DNA from: Candidatus Giovannonibacteria bacterium | Lineage (GTDB): Bacteria; Patescibacteriota; Minisyncoccia; UBA11713; 2-01-FULL-45-33 | Length of the DNA stretch: 64,000 nucleotides | Direction of reading: 5' to 3' | Assembly (NCBI GenBank): GCA_016432405.1 | Contig: CP066687.1 | Span: 515,065-579,064 of the forward strand | Shown here: positions 57,901 to 64,000 of the stretch, piece by piece | Layout of the letters: every line of letters begins with the position of its first letter | Position numbering within the stretch: the stretch's first letter is position 1 | Notes under the pieces: model-generated | Databases searched by the model: none | What the model saw: only the letters and a program-made list of their open reading frames with translations | Told to the model about the DNA's origin: nothing | Position numbers and translations under genes: made by a program

Positions 57901-58540
57901 CAAGAGAAGAAAAACGCGCCGGTTGCGAACCACTATGATATATCATAGTGGATAAACCGGCCATGGTTTCCGCATTCCATTTACTCGCCCAGTGTTCATA
58001 GGGGCTTGCCTGATGAAAAAGCTTATCGGCATAAGGCGGGTGCGCATCGTTTCTGGTATGGTCGGGCACGGACATATCTTCAATCAAATGCAAAATGTGC
58101 CCCAAGCCGTCCAGCCCGCGCGATTTGTCCACCCAGACATAATCATAAACCGCGCGGTCCCAAGAATAATCTGTAGGCGCTCCGAAAACCCCGGTGATTG
58201 CCCCGGCCAATGGCCGGAAAACGCTCGCCTGCGCCAAAGTGTTCTGGGCCCAGTCCTTCGCGGAAAGCTGTCCAAACAAACCGCGGTTATAAACAGGGTC
58301 ATAAAAATGATGCAGCGCCCTTGCTCCGTTGTCTTCTCCGACGCTCCCTATCTCCACCGCGCTTCCATCAACCTCGCCCATTTTAAGATTCGGATAATAA
58401 GAGTTAAATGCTTTGACAATTTCTTGCGTCAGCGCCCTATGTGTTGTTTCCGGCGAGTATGCCAGTGTAAAAAATGGGGACAGCGCCAGCGTCCCCATGA
58501 TTAGAATTTTCCAAATTTTCAGAGTTCTAAAATTTTCCAT
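54929..58540 (-). CDS. Large secreted multidomain protein: phospholipase C/P1-nuclease-like domain, FN3-like domain, lamin-tail domain, beta-helix
   Basis: AYSPETTH, HHFYDP, GHILHLIEDMSVPDH; VVINEIAWAG...DEWIELYN; parallel beta-helix repeats. Confidence 0.8.
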   Translation of the reverse strand: MENFRTLKIWKILIMGTLALSPFFTLAYSPETTHRALTQEIVKAFNSYYPNLKMGEVDGSAVEIGSVGEDNGARALHHFYDPVYNRGLFGQLSAKDWAQNTLAQASVFRPLAGAITGVFGAPTDYSWDRAVYDYVWVDKSRGLDGLGHILHLIEDMSVPDHTRNDAHPPYADKLFHQASPYEHWASKWNAETMAGLSTMIYHSGSQPARFSSLGEYFDSMATYSNNNFFSKDTTPEKSKEYFNPIIKSISVEHIDGVQYYFAYGELDSKKLRLVKLETLKGDNSKFITKFDDNTYVMNDYWSHLSKQAVLHGVGVVRLFFEAVEEERENKRLLAKNKTIFDRVASLLPSQVSGAVGLNNKEEPKPLVEEIPQSAFEPHLAVSPPSEPPDFLKLPDGKKPGFLEVSKPGFEESGSVLSPGGVTNLVVQQPSEAANLETKSPNEDLPPFLQLQAAGGGGSPGFGGGTPTPPAETPASDTTAPDISLDVSECPGLASVAGECLVASSTATVSWSSAAGDLNHYDVRCEVGGVSCDGFNFASTTATSTIYSLPADDSTYIFKAKAVDNAGNESAQTTKTVVFFTRPVVINEIAWAGTSANSADEWIELYNRSSKSVSIANWVLYAGDGVPYINLSGTISAGGYYLIERTDNDTVSDVTADLTAPFSGSGAGSGLGNGGETLVLSRASTTIDQTVLCSNAWCGGLASPTYSSMERIDMEAVGTDTGNWGTSNGVVKNGLDSAGAALTATPRARNSLHYLISQGATLSSDKTLKQSFGTYIIKDNETLTIASGKTLTIEPGVTVKMGDSADLIVDGTLKSDGTAANNILFTALSGSPAAGSWRNVRITSSSQNSSVSHTRFKYGGGFASNIPQERRALLSVIDNSITISNSIFENSFSAGARLTTSNSTIQNNTFSVGTTTADNVGFYVVGGAPTVSGNTFSENYFGAKAEGAAASYANNIFNNNISYALYSSNGSSTFSGNSGAGNGKNGIALLGTISAAGGTTTLASNSLAYLTISSSNAEISAGAGLVLEAGARFAGEDSSSRLTVNGALKLEGASKSSIVFTSLADTAPGEWYGIVVNSGGYMYGGGFTLRYGGYGAGGNPNAIAGIGVFGGSVSLSDGRIENNYKAGMRLYDHATSTLTNFEFNNHASPASNSTALVAANAGVVLNTVSFSDNFLGVSSSNSTIQATGATFSGNTTDKSPADAF

Positions 58541-59061
58541 AAACCAGTGGGAAAATGCCCTAACCTGATAGTGTTGGTAATATTACCAGCCGGGACATTA
58601 AATTTTTGTCCTTGTAATTCTACAATACCACCATCGGAATAAATTGTGTACTCAAAAATCGCTATTTTATCACTAGATTCTTTTAGATTTTGTTGTGCAT
58701 TCTCAAAATCTTTTAGAAAATTTGATGTCCTATTATTTATTTGCATTTCTTTTAGATCTATAGTGGCTTTTTCTTGTTCCTCAATCACAAAATACTTCGC
58801 CGCCAAATCTGTGTCCCCCTTTTTCAGAGCGTCAATAAAAAGCGCCAGTGTTTCTTCCGGCGTTTTGCCGCCGTAGGTATCCTCTTCATAAAGTTTTTTC
58901 AGCGCCTCGTATTCGTTTTGCGCTTTCTTCGCGTTCCACCAATCGCGGAGCGCCCCTGAATTATCGTAAATCCCGGCGCCATAAACCGCCAAAAATCCCA
59001 GCGCCAAAATCCCCAGCATCCCCGCGAAAAATTTCCAAAAATGCTTGTTTAATGAACTCAT
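58519..59061 (-). CDS. Membrane-anchored hypothetical protein
   Basis: TM helix, then DTYGGKTPEETLALFIDALKKGD; overlaps the start of the downstream gene. Confidence 0.75.
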   Translation of the reverse strand: MSSLNKHFWKFFAGMLGILALGFLAVYGAGIYDNSGALRDWWNAKKAQNEYEALKKLYEEDTYGGKTPEETLALFIDALKKGDTDLAAKYFVIEEQEKATIDLKEMQINNRTSNFLKDFENAQQNLKESSDKIAIFEYTIYSDGGIVELQGQKFNVPAGNITNTIRLGHFPTGLWKILEL

Positions 59062-59183
59062 AACTCAAAAATAACTCACAAAGCCTAGCCAGTCAACATT
59101 AGTTTTCATCTACTAATTTTAGCATAAAACCCTGCCCCGTTAATTTTCTCGCCTCTCCGCCGAACACCGCAATTTCACTTTTT

Positions 59184-59999
59184 TTATTTCTTTTTACTCT
59201 TTTTTAATCTTTTTTCTATTTTCCTTAATCTTGCTTCAAGTTTTTTAAAATTTTCGTTAATTAATATTCTAGAATCTCTTATTAAATCTGTTGCTTTAAT
59301 TTCTTTAATCATACTTTCTTTAGACAAATTAGCTATATTTTTCATTGTAGTTTCAAGATTATTAATAATTTTTTCTCCAAGTATAGTAACTTTTTTAGAA
59401 TCATTATGCAGTTCATTAAATTTCCGATACTTATGAAGGGCTTTATGAGTTATGTCGTTGCGCATAGAATTAAAGTTTTCTAAATCGCTCACCAACATGC
59501 TGTCATTTAAAAAAACGCTTAAAAAATGTATAAGTTTGCCCAGTGTCTCTTTTTGTAATTTTTTACTGGAAAGTTTTATCCAAATCTTTGTTTCAAATAA
59601 ATGGCTGTTGGAAATACAATCGAGATTTATGATGGACTGTATAAATATCAATAAAGATATTACGTTATATGAGATTAAATTTTCTTGTAATACCAGTCTT
59701 GCATAATTCGATTTCTCCTCTCTGAGATACTTTAGAAAATCTTCACGGAATCTCTCCCTCTCATCTAGATCACTAACAATCTTTTTAACTAAATGTTCTC
59801 TTTCTTTTTGCCAAAATAGGCCGTTTTCTATTTTGTTGCCATCCTCATCTTTGATAAGGCCGCCTAGTTTATCATAATGAGCCAAAATCTTTTCTGGCGT
59901 AGCATTTTCTCCAGCATCCTTTTTAGCCCTATCGTATTTATCGCTATTATTATTGAGCGTGTATTCTCGTCCCCGAACTTTGATTTTTATTTCTTGCAT
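59184..59999 (-). CDS. Hypothetical AT-rich protein
   Basis: AGGAG RBS before ATG 59999; contains RNDITH (RX4H, HEPN-like). Confidence 0.7.
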   Translation of the reverse strand: MQEIKIKVRGREYTLNNNSDKYDRAKKDAGENATPEKILAHYDKLGGLIKDEDGNKIENGLFWQKEREHLVKKIVSDLDERERFREDFLKYLREEKSNYARLVLQENLISYNVISLLIFIQSIINLDCISNSHLFETKIWIKLSSKKLQKETLGKLIHFLSVFLNDSMLVSDLENFNSMRNDITHKALHKYRKFNELHNDSKKVTILGEKIINNLETTMKNIANLSKESMIKEIKATDLIRDSRILINENFKKLEARLRKIEKRLKKSKKK

Positions 60000-60030
60000 A
60001 ATGTCTCCTAGTTTTTTGAACAAACTTATT

Positions 60031-60071
60031 AATCCCCTAAATCTTAGCGGATTTTGGGTTTTTATTCAAGC
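60031..60071 (-). promoter_or_regulatory. Promoter within a 41-bp repeat (copy 2)
   Basis: Minus strand TTGAAT-N17-TAAGAT. Confidence 0.7.
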
Positions 60072-60284
60072 AGTTTTCGGTTTTTTGCGCGGCACGCCGC
60101 AATGCTCGGCAATAATTGGAGCGTCAATCCAAAAAATGATTTCTAAATAAGCATCCGCCATCTTAGAGGCGATTTGTTCCATTGTGCCGTCGTCAACCTC
60201 CGAAACGTCAAAACCTATCCCTTCTAAATCTTCCCGGCAAATAGATGTAATAGGAAACTGTTTAAATTTTTTATTATTGGCCAT
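60066..60284 (-). CDS. Hypothetical protein
   Basis: 72 aa, tightly packed with its neighbours. Confidence 0.7.
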   Translation of the reverse strand: MANNKKFKQFPITSICREDLEGIGFDVSEVDDGTMEQIASKMADAYLEIIFWIDAPIIAEHCGVPRKKPKTA

Positions 60285-60298
60285 ACTAATAAAATTTA

Positions 60299-60508
60299 TT
60301 ATTTAAGCGCATTTTTGATTTTAGCGAGGATTTCCGTACCACATCGGAAGCAAAAATTTTTAAGTTTTAGGCCTATTACATTAACCTTTTCGACGCGTTC
60401 TGGATAATATATTTCACCTTTTCGAATTTCACCGCCGCATGTATTACAAAAATGAGAAACCCTTGCTTTTGTTTCCTTTAGAATTTTTAAATTATTATAT
60501 TTGCTCAC
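60299..60508 (-). CDS. Small zinc-finger protein
   Basis: CNTC and CFRC motifs; GTG start. Confidence 0.7.
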   Translation of the reverse strand: MSKYNNLKILKETKARVSHFCNTCGGEIRKGEIYYPERVEKVNVIGLKLKNFCFRCGTEILAKIKNALK

Positions 60509-60517
60509 GCTATCAAA

Positions 60518-60751
60518 CTAGCTTAAGTATTTTCGCGGATCATTTTTATATGTCCACTCATTCTGGATTTCGCCATTCAAGCCGTGAATTTTCACTTGGC
60601 TTGGTTGCATAGACTTAGCCAATGCTACAGCCGTTCTAACAGCGTCTGCTTTTTTAGGAGTAGAGATGACGGGGAAGCTGACGCCAGCTTGCTTCACGAG
60701 CCAGTTTTCAGAAGTATTGTTGTGCACAACATGTAAAACTTTTCTTGCCAT
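60518..60751 (-). CDS. DUF2188 family protein
   Basis: HVV...W.VK...KADAV..A...IHGLNGEIQNEWTYKNDP. Confidence 0.8.
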   Translation of the reverse strand: MARKVLHVVHNNTSENWLVKQAGVSFPVISTPKKADAVRTAVALAKSMQPSQVKIHGLNGEIQNEWTYKNDPRKYLS

Positions 60752-60806
60752 GGTATTAGGATTTTAGATTAATAATCTCGACCATTTTCAATTATAATAC
60801 CAAACT

Positions 60807-60824
60807 ACCGAAAATAAACCGAAA
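60807..60824. promoter_or_regulatory. Candidate LexA operator (direct repeat ACCGAAA-N4-ACCGAAA)
   Basis: 11-bp-period direct repeat in the divergent intergenic region upstream of lexA, next to TTATCCACA. Confidence 0.45.
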
Positions 60825-60868
60825 GTTATCCACAGGCCAATAGCAACCGCTTGGTATAAAATAAATAT

Positions 60869-62392
60869 ATGCTCACCCCTCGTCAAAAACAGGTACTGGA
60901 TTTTGTAAGCTCCTACACCAAAAAGCGGGGTTTTGCGCCCTCCATTAAAGAAATGGGGCAAAGGATTGGCTTGGCCATATCTACAATTCATCAGCATTTA
61001 ACGGCGCTGCAAAATAAGGGTTATCTGCAACGACAAAAAAATCAAAAAAGAGGCATTGAAGTATCTTCATCAGAGAAGCTAGTAAAAATTCCTTTATGGG
61101 GAACAATAGCCGCAGGCGAACCAATCCATGTATTTGAAGCACATAAAGAAGCCATTGCTGTCCCAAAAAGTAAAATCCCCTCTTCATCGGAGGTCTACGC
61201 CCTCCGCGTTGTGGGCAACAGCATGATTGATGAAAATATAAACGACGGAGACGTCGTTTTGGTGCGCCAGCAAGAAACTGCCGAGAATGGAGAAAGGGTA
61301 GTGGCTCTCATTGATAATCACGAAGCAACCTTAAAGAAATTTTATAAAGAGCGCGGACATATTCGCTTACAACCGGCAAACAAAAACATGGAGCCGCTTA
61401 TTTTCAGAAATGGGAGGGATGTTTCAATACAAGGAATTGTACTTGATGTTATCCGTGAAGAAACACCAATATCTATTGTCTTTCCAGAAATTAAGACGGA
61501 AATCAAACAATATAAAAAACTTCCTATTAACAAAATAATTTTAGGAGATGCGATGCAAGAATTAAAGAAACTTCCTGATGAAAGTTGTGATGTTATCGTT
61601 ATTGATCCCCCATACAATATCGGGAAAGATTTTGGAAATAATCTTGATAAGCGAGAACTGAGCGAATATGTTGCGTGGTGTAAAAAATGGATAAATGAAT
61701 GCGTTAGAGCAATGAAACCAACTGGAACAATGTTTATTTATGGTTTTAGCGAAATTTTAGCCCATCTTTCTGTTGAAATTCCTATAAATAAACGCTGGCT
61801 TATTTGGCATTATACAAACAAAAACGTTGCCTCACTCAATTTTTGGCAGAGAAGTCATGAAGCAATTATCTGTGCATGGAAAAACAAACCAATTTTCAAT
61901 AGAGACGAAGTTAGAGAGCCCTACACGGAGGGGTTTTTGAATGGGGCCGCAGGAAAAATAAGAAAGGGCACATTAGGGAGATTTAGTGGGAGCGGTGTAG
62001 AAACTGTTTACAAAGCCCATGAGGGCGGCGCGTTGCCGCGAGATGTCATCAAAGCTCCTGCCCTGGCTGGAGGAGCCGGAATGGTAGAAAGATGGTTTTT
62101 GTGCAAAACGTGCGATGATGTTTTTGAACCGCGACAATTGAAAAAACACAATGGACACAAAATAATTAAACATCCCACGCAAAAGCCCCTTGAATTATCA
62201 AAAAAATTGATCGCATCAGCTATGCCTAAAAAGGATGGCGTTGTCTTAGTGCCATTTGTCGGTACTGGTTCGGAGTGCGTAGCGGCAAAAGAGTTAGGCC
62301 AATCGTATATTGGATTTGAAATCAATCAAGATTATATAAAAATTGCTGAAAAATTTTTGAGCTCCACTAACTTTGCGCCAAAATTATTTTAA
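60869..62392 (+). CDS. lexA: LexA repressor fused to a beta-class N6/N4 DNA methyltransferase
   Basis: LexA HTH, IAAGEP cleavage site, GNSM and TLKK; then IDPPYN, HPTQKP, PFVGTGS. Confidence 0.92.
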   Translation: MLTPRQKQVLDFVSSYTKKRGFAPSIKEMGQRIGLAISTIHQHLTALQNKGYLQRQKNQKRGIEVSSSEKLVKIPLWGTIAAGEPIHVFEAHKEAIAVPKSKIPSSSEVYALRVVGNSMIDENINDGDVVLVRQQETAENGERVVALIDNHEATLKKFYKERGHIRLQPANKNMEPLIFRNGRDVSIQGIVLDVIREETPISIVFPEIKTEIKQYKKLPINKIILGDAMQELKKLPDESCDVIVIDPPYNIGKDFGNNLDKRELSEYVAWCKKWINECVRAMKPTGTMFIYGFSEILAHLSVEIPINKRWLIWHYTNKNVASLNFWQRSHEAIICAWKNKPIFNRDEVREPYTEGFLNGAAGKIRKGTLGRFSGSGVETVYKAHEGGALPRDVIKAPALAGGAGMVERWFLCKTCDDVFEPRQLKKHNGHKIIKHPTQKPLELSKKLIASAMPKKDGVVLVPFVGTGSECVAAKELGQSYIGFEINQDYIKIAEKFLSSTNFAPKLF

Positions 62393-62408
62393 ATAATTTT
62401 ATATAAAA

Positions 62409-63077
62409 TCAGCTATCGCTTTTTAAATAATTAATAAGTCCTTTCCCCAATTCTTTAATAGATATAGAAATATTAATTAATTTTTCATCCTTAGAAAAAT
62501 AATTGAGTGGGATTAAATACCATAATTGATCAGACATTTTAAATACTATTTTAGCAGCAAGGCCCAAACCTTGTTTTAACTCATAGCCTGTTTTTGTTTT
62601 TTTCCAGTTGTTTTTGTTAAGCATTTTAGTTGGAGCCAGTTTGATGGCTGGGGTTTTAATAACATTATAGATTATGCGTTGATGCTCTTTATCTAATTCT
62701 CGCGCGCATATTAAATAAAAGTCGAAATTATTGTGTTGAGCTTTTATAAAAGCTAGTTTCTTTTCTAATGAGCTAAATGTGGTTAAACGATAAGACGATA
62801 GCGTAAGAAAATTATTTTTTATAACGCTACCCTTGGCAGAAATTTTTAGAATAGAACCATTAATTTTTGCCTTAATATCAACACTTTTTTCATGCGATTG
62901 AGAATTCCATACAACTTTATCGTCTCCATAGAGAAAGACAAGGGCAGCCCATATAAGTTCTTCCCAACTTGTATCTTTAATTGGAAGTGTTGTTGTACTA
63001 GATTTAAATTTTATTAGTTTCTCAATAGTACTTGAGAATTTTGTCTCATTAAAACTCATATAATCAAATTCTCCCAC
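62409..63077 (-). CDS. Putative type II restriction endonuclease
   Basis: AT-rich, convergent with the methyltransferase; WEE...SVDI...ISAK resembles PD-(D/E)XK. Confidence 0.6.
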   Translation of the reverse strand: MGEFDYMSFNETKFSSTIEKLIKFKSSTTTLPIKDTSWEELIWAALVFLYGDDKVVWNSQSHEKSVDIKAKINGSILKISAKGSVIKNNFLTLSSYRLTTFSSLEKKLAFIKAQHNNFDFYLICARELDKEHQRIIYNVIKTPAIKLAPTKMLNKNNWKKTKTGYELKQGLGLAAKIVFKMSDQLWYLIPLNYFSKDEKLINISISIKELGKGLINYLKSDS

Positions 63078-63116
63078 AAAATCATTTATTTATCAAACCA
63101 AACCCCGCCTCCCTAT

Positions 63117-63471
63117 CTATTCTCTTATTCTCACGAATTAGCCGGAGTATAATTTATAAAATAGACAAAATATATTTTGCCGCGTGCCGAAGCGCGCCGA
63201 GGCGGTAAAAAACCTGAAGGCTTCTTTGGTCACGTTCCAAAATATCAGCTGCAGCGAGCACCGACAAGTGCCGGGAAGTTGATTTAAACGACAAACGAAT
63301 TTCTTCGGCAATGTCCCCAACCGGCGCCTCCTTAACCTTTTTTAAATACCGCAAAATTTGCAGCCGTCTTTTATTGGCCAGCGCTTTTAACGCCTTTTCC
63401 AGCTCTTTTTCATTCATAGTAAACATACTAGCATATCCCCCAACTATTCTCTAATTCTCACGAATTAGCCG
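63117..63471. repeat. 28-bp direct repeats flanking the ArsR gene (63117-63144 and 63444-63471)
   Basis: ctattctc(t/t)(t/a)attctcacgaattagccg, 27/28 identical. Confidence 0.85.
63154..63417 (-). CDS. ArsR/SmtB family transcriptional regulator
   Basis: LKALANKRRLQIL...TSRHLSVL...VFYRL. Confidence 0.9.
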   Translation of the reverse strand: MNEKELEKALKALANKRRLQILRYLKKVKEAPVGDIAEEIRLSFKSTSRHLSVLAAADILERDQRSLQVFYRLGALRHAAKYILSIL

Positions 63472-63566
63472 ATAGAGAATAGAGAATTAATACTTTTACC
63501 AAAAAATTAAAAATGCCCTGCGGACTGTTTCGCAAGGCATAGAGAGGCGATTTCTCCGGGAAACCG

Positions 63567-64000
63567 CTACTCAATGAGCGCTTTGCCGGCGCTTTTGAGA
63601 GCCATCCGGGTGCGAACCCACCAGCGAAGAATTGGCCGGTGGTTTTTAAGCTCCGCCTTGAGTTTCGCAATTTCCTCGCGCAGCTCTTTGACCTTTTTCT
63701 TCAGAAGCTCCGTGCGAGCCGAGGCGCGGCGTTTCCCTCTCTTAGAATTGAGTTGAGCGCGCATTCTATAGTTGGAAGCGAGAAGATTCTTAATCCATCT
63801 CTGCGTCCGTTCCCAAGTTTTATCGCCCGCGCGCTGGCTCTGTTTAACGCCGCCTTGCGCCACTACGCGGTAATGCCATGTTTTCACCGCGCCGGGCGTT
63901 ATTTTTCTCTCCAGCACCGCGCCTATCTCTTCCGCTACTTTGGACCAGAGAATCTTGCCATTGTTGTTGTGTTTCTCAACCACGCGCTCCACGAGCGCGT
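63567..64000 (-). CDS. Hypothetical basic protein (HTH-like plus coiled coil), probably 5'-partial
   Basis: Frame is open to the window edge; WSKVAEEIG...AVKTWH. Confidence 0.55.
   Translation of the reverse strand, partial: ALVERVVEKHNNNGKILWSKVAEEIGAVLERKITPGAVKTWHYRVVAQGGVKQSQRAGDKTWERTQRWIKNLLASNYRMRAQLNSKRGKRRASARTELLKKKVKELREEIAKLKAELKNHRPILRWWVRTRMALKSAGKALIE

Noticed and set aside
31730-60834. oriC inferred from DnaA-box-like 9-mers (31730-31738, 38282-38290, 60826-60834)
   Set aside because: The boxes are single and dispersed, with no cluster, unwinding element or dnaA/dnaN nearby.
59184-63417. Prophage or integrative element
   Set aside because: No integrase, structural or replication genes are visible in the window; it is best described as an accessory island.

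Overview
About 64 kb of a gene-dense bacterial chromosome that looks like Patescibacteria/CPR, probably Parcubacteria (inferred from gene content and style, not from a marker placement). Housekeeping content: groES-groEL with a CIRCE, uvrA, uvrC, secG, rnj, trpS, ychF, rpsF-ssb-rpsR, recA, ftsK, rpoBC, secF, prfB (programmed frameshift)-ftsE-ftsX, lepA, murJ, RNase P RNA and four tRNAs. Also present are two large surface proteins, several AT-rich orphan genes and a LexA-DNA methyltransferase fusion facing a probable restriction endonuclease. The most striking unannotated element is a ~276-nt intergenic RNA (7744-8019) with its own promoter and terminator. It is closed by a 14-bp stem and joins a tRNA-like domain to a near-complete stand-alone copy of the 23S rRNA L1 stalk (H76-H78). 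A second theme is several families of short palindromes inserted in frame into conserved proteins and into RNase P RNA, together with single-gene modules (PaaX/Cas2-like, ArsR, membrane hydrolase) bracketed by two copies of a repeat. All calls come from reading the sequence; no database searches were run.
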